Positions 55,516 to 58,012 of a DNA stretch of 58,012 nt are shown here, piece by piece. The notes under the pieces were generated by a model. That model ran no database searches and had not been told where the DNA came from. It worked only from the letters and a program-made list of their open reading frames with translations. How positions within the stretch are numbered: the stretch's first letter is position 1; the number at the start of each line of letters is the position of its first letter. The DNA is from a virus. Taxonomy: Duplodnaviria; Caudoviricetes. A program made the translations under genes and the position numbers. The stretch covers positions 1 to 58,012 of the IMG/VR virus record IMGVR_UViG_3300031658_000009. One strand, 5' to 3'.

Positions 55516-57765
55516 TTATCTCTTGTTGCAAAAAGATACTAGCACAAATCTTTTACCTTTAGTCACAGGTCTTGCTCCATGTCTGTGCGTGATCACAGAT
55601 GGATGCACAGATATATGTCCCGCTTCTCCTTTATGTAGTTGTTGTTGACGAGAGAACCAAGTACCCCCTCCTTCGTAGTCGTCATTCAGTGCTAGTACCA
55701 TTGATATAACAGCGCCATCGTGATGAAGAGAAAGGTGACCTTGAACATCTTCTTCATACTTGATTATAAAATTCTCACTAATCATATCGCCCCACATTTT
55801 ACCTTCTAGTTTCCATTTGTGAATAGCAACAGGATAGACAAATTCCTCTAATATTTTTTGATAGTACTTCTGAAGCCCTAATACCTGGATAAGCATATCA
55901 GTGGTAGGATAGTTATCGTGTCTTTTTTTCGTCCACTTATCAGAAAACTGAGCCTCTTCAATAACTAAATTACAAAACTCCTTAGTAAACAATGGGAAGG
56001 TGAATATATCTCTTATTGGTTCATCTACAATTAAATCATACTCTTGCAGCCTGGCACTATACGTAACGAACCTGTCACAGAACTCAGGATAAGGTATATC
56101 TCTAAGGCGCTGTTTAGTTATCATCTCAGTTGTAGATGTTTCTTTGCTACTTGTTTGTCCAAACATATAAGGAACTACAGCAACAGCGCGTGTATCCTTT
56201 GTTATGAAATCTAAATCTTTTCTTGGATGAACGGAATGTGTAGTACTTAAGAACTCATCAAGAGGGAATATATATTGATTGAATTGTTGTTCCATGAAAA
56301 GTTTACACCCCTCTCTAGTCAGCATATATGCATGAGAGTTGTAAGTATAAGAAGGAACTACAAGATGTTTGTTGATTTCACTTTTTGGCGGACTCATAAA
56401 GTTATGGCCCAGATACATCAAGGTCCAGTCATGATCAGTTTTAACCTCCTCTATGTCGAACTTACGTGTAGACTTAAAATCTTCTTCAAGTATAAGTATT
56501 CTTTCATAACCATTATCATAAGCATCTTTCCATACACGCCAATGAGACAAGGAACAACCTATTTCTCCTGGCAATACATTTCTATTCCAAAACCTATTCT
56601 CTGAATCTATTTTCCACCAATCCGCTACGGTGTAATTATCAGTCATGTTCTCCCCGGTGTGGCCGTTAGATGCAGGGAATATGTATACTGGAGAATCGAT
56701 ACCGCTGTCCTTTACCCTCTTTGTTAACTCTTCTTTTTTCTCTACTGAGTCAAGAGTAATGACATAAGTCATTTCGATGTAATCTGATTTACTTTCCATT
56801 ATATTAATCCATTCTTTAGATACATTTTTCCAATCTCTTGTTGACACATATTCATCAACCTTATTCCAATCTTGCGTTTCTTTAGTGAATCCACCTAAGG
56901 TTTCCTTTAATCCTGCTAGTTCATTAACCATAGGCTTAACGTGATGAGCAAGCATTTCAAGCGCTGTTATACAGTAGGTTTCATTGTAATGAGTAGGGTA
57001 ATACCAGTACTCCATTCTTGACAGTAACTTGTATAAATCTTCTGTAGGTAAACTACCGTGATATGTCACGTTCTCAAGTTTTGATATACGATCGCTATAG
57101 TATTCAGCGAAGAAGTCTAATCCATAGGAAGGTGTACTAATATGTAAATGCCCCTTAATATATTTCTTTTCAAAGTCAGAAAGAACAGCGTCTAAACCAC
57201 GCTCTGGATGAGATGTATATACATATGAATCTTTAATCTTAACACGTACAGGCTCAACTAAAGATGTATGTATGCCATTACCTATTACCTCTACTCTGTC
57301 TCCAAGTAATTGAGCAAATGGTTCATTACTTAAAAAGTATTCTTTATGCCAATCAGTTAAACAAACAATAATATCTGTCCCTAGATAAGCCTCTTGTACT
57401 TCTATGTCAGACATCTCGTTACCTCTATACCAAATATGAGGGTGCTCATTATGAAGCCAGAATATCTTTTTAGTATTAGGGCTTAGGTTGTAATACTTCT
57501 GATAATGTAAATATGATACACCGATTAGTATATCTATATCTGGAAGTTCGCTTATCTGTTCTATTGTGAGATACCGAAGATTACCGCTGTTTGGGTATTT
57601 ATCATGCAAAGGTTTTAGGTTTCCTACAACAAAAACATCATGTCCTATCATAGCCAACTGCTGTGATAAACCCATAATGCATTGCTCTGTACCGCCTATT
57701 CCTGGTGCGTTGTGATATAAATTCCAAGGTTCGCTATAGTACCCTGCATGAAATACAATGTTCAT
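55516..57765 (-). CDS. Tri-domain enzyme: GT-B glycosyltransferase + GT25 (COLGALT-like) + PLOD-like lysyl hydroxylase
   Basis: N-terminal GIGGTEQ, YTSHPERGL, YPTHYNETYCITALE. Middle GEIGCSLSHWRVW, ILILEED, WTLMYLG, HAYML, PLDEFL..HP. C-terminal DIFTFPLFTKEFC, PTTD, NFIIKY, LSLHHD, DYEGGGT, HPSVITHRH, KRFVLVSF. Confidence 0.9.
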   Translation of the reverse strand: MNIVFHAGYYSEPWNLYHNAPGIGGTEQCIMGLSQQLAMIGHDVFVVGNLKPLHDKYPNSGNLRYLTIEQISELPDIDILIGVSYLHYQKYYNLSPNTKKIFWLHNEHPHIWYRGNEMSDIEVQEAYLGTDIIVCLTDWHKEYFLSNEPFAQLLGDRVEVIGNGIHTSLVEPVRVKIKDSYVYTSHPERGLDAVLSDFEKKYIKGHLHISTPSYGLDFFAEYYSDRISKLENVTYHGSLPTEDLYKLLSRMEYWYYPTHYNETYCITALEMLAHHVKPMVNELAGLKETLGGFTKETQDWNKVDEYVSTRDWKNVSKEWINIMESKSDYIEMTYVITLDSVEKKEELTKRVKDSGIDSPVYIFPASNGHTGENMTDNYTVADWWKIDSENRFWNRNVLPGEIGCSLSHWRVWKDAYDNGYERILILEEDFKSTRKFDIEEVKTDHDWTLMYLGHNFMSPPKSEINKHLVVPSYTYNSHAYMLTREGCKLFMEQQFNQYIFPLDEFLSTTHSVHPRKDLDFITKDTRAVAVVPYMFGQTSSKETSTTEMITKQRLRDIPYPEFCDRFVTYSARLQEYDLIVDEPIRDIFTFPLFTKEFCNLVIEEAQFSDKWTKKRHDNYPTTDMLIQVLGLQKYYQKILEEFVYPVAIHKWKLEGKMWGDMISENFIIKYEEDVQGHLSLHHDGAVISMVLALNDDYEGGGTWFSRQQQLHKGEAGHISVHPSVITHRHGARPVTKGKRFVLVSFCNKR

Positions 57766-57848
57766 TTAATAATACAATTGAATTAATAGTGCATCATTAA
57801 AGATACATTATCTAACTCATCTTTGCAATTCGAAATCCACCGCGCTTA

Positions 57849-58012
57849 TTAAACAAGCCTTTTTATTGATACAGTGTTTTGAATACCGTTAGCCTGATAA
57901 ATATCAAGACTTTTACTATTACCATCTAGCCAGAATATTCTTAAAGCAATGTCTGTGTTTGCACTTACAGTAACATAAGAAGTGTTAAACATAGCAGTAT
58001 AACCCCCTTGGT
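57849..58012 (-). CDS. 3' end of a gene entering from the right edge; probably the C1q/BclA-like C-terminus of the collagen fibre
   Basis: QGGYTAMFNTSYVTVSANTDIALRIFWLDGNSKSLDIYQANGIQNTVSIKRLV*; the other two minus frames stop within 16 codons. Confidence 0.7.
   Translation of the reverse strand, partial: QGGYTAMFNTSYVTVSANTDIALRIFWLDGNSKSLDIYQANGIQNTVSIKRLV

Noticed and set aside
7266-56604. Numerous 60-130 aa ORFs antisense to or nested in long genes
   Set aside because: No start context or recognisable motifs; expected by chance opposite real genes.
1-58012. Stop-codon reassignment as in some crAss-like phages
   Set aside because: Long genes are intact under the standard bacterial code, and TAG/TGA end genes at sensible boundaries.

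Overview
Near-complete (~58 kb, apparently circularly permuted) genome of a tailed dsDNA phage. Repeated TAnnTTTG promoters point to a Bacteroidota host, and the portal/capsid/ring/muzzle/cargo gene order is crAss-like and podoviral. The minus strand carries the late genes: TerL, portal, scaffold, MCP, tail, ejection proteins and a membrane/lysis cassette. The plus strand (~19-32.6 kb) carries early and replication genes: SSAP, exonuclease, SSB, DnaA-C-like protein, primase-helicase and RusA. I recognise no DNA polymerase, RNA polymerase, RNR or integrase. Main discovery: a giant (>2,370 aa) Gly-X-Lys-rich collagen-like fibre gene, missed by the ORF track because it runs off position 1 and seems to finish at the right-hand end. 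It is followed by a 749-aa three-domain enzyme (GT-B glycosyltransferase + COLGALT-like GT25 + PLOD-like lysyl hydroxylase), i.e. a candidate phage-encoded, animal-like collagen hydroxylysine-glycosylation system. Other unexplained signals are three intergenic tRNA-like RNAs (two displaying a UUGGUUUGGUU loop), a free-standing 32-aa mimic of the RNR alpha redox tail, an A10 slippery site with an Arg-rich overlapping frame, and a thrice-repeated early promoter cassette. All family assignments come from recognising motifs by eye, not from database searches.
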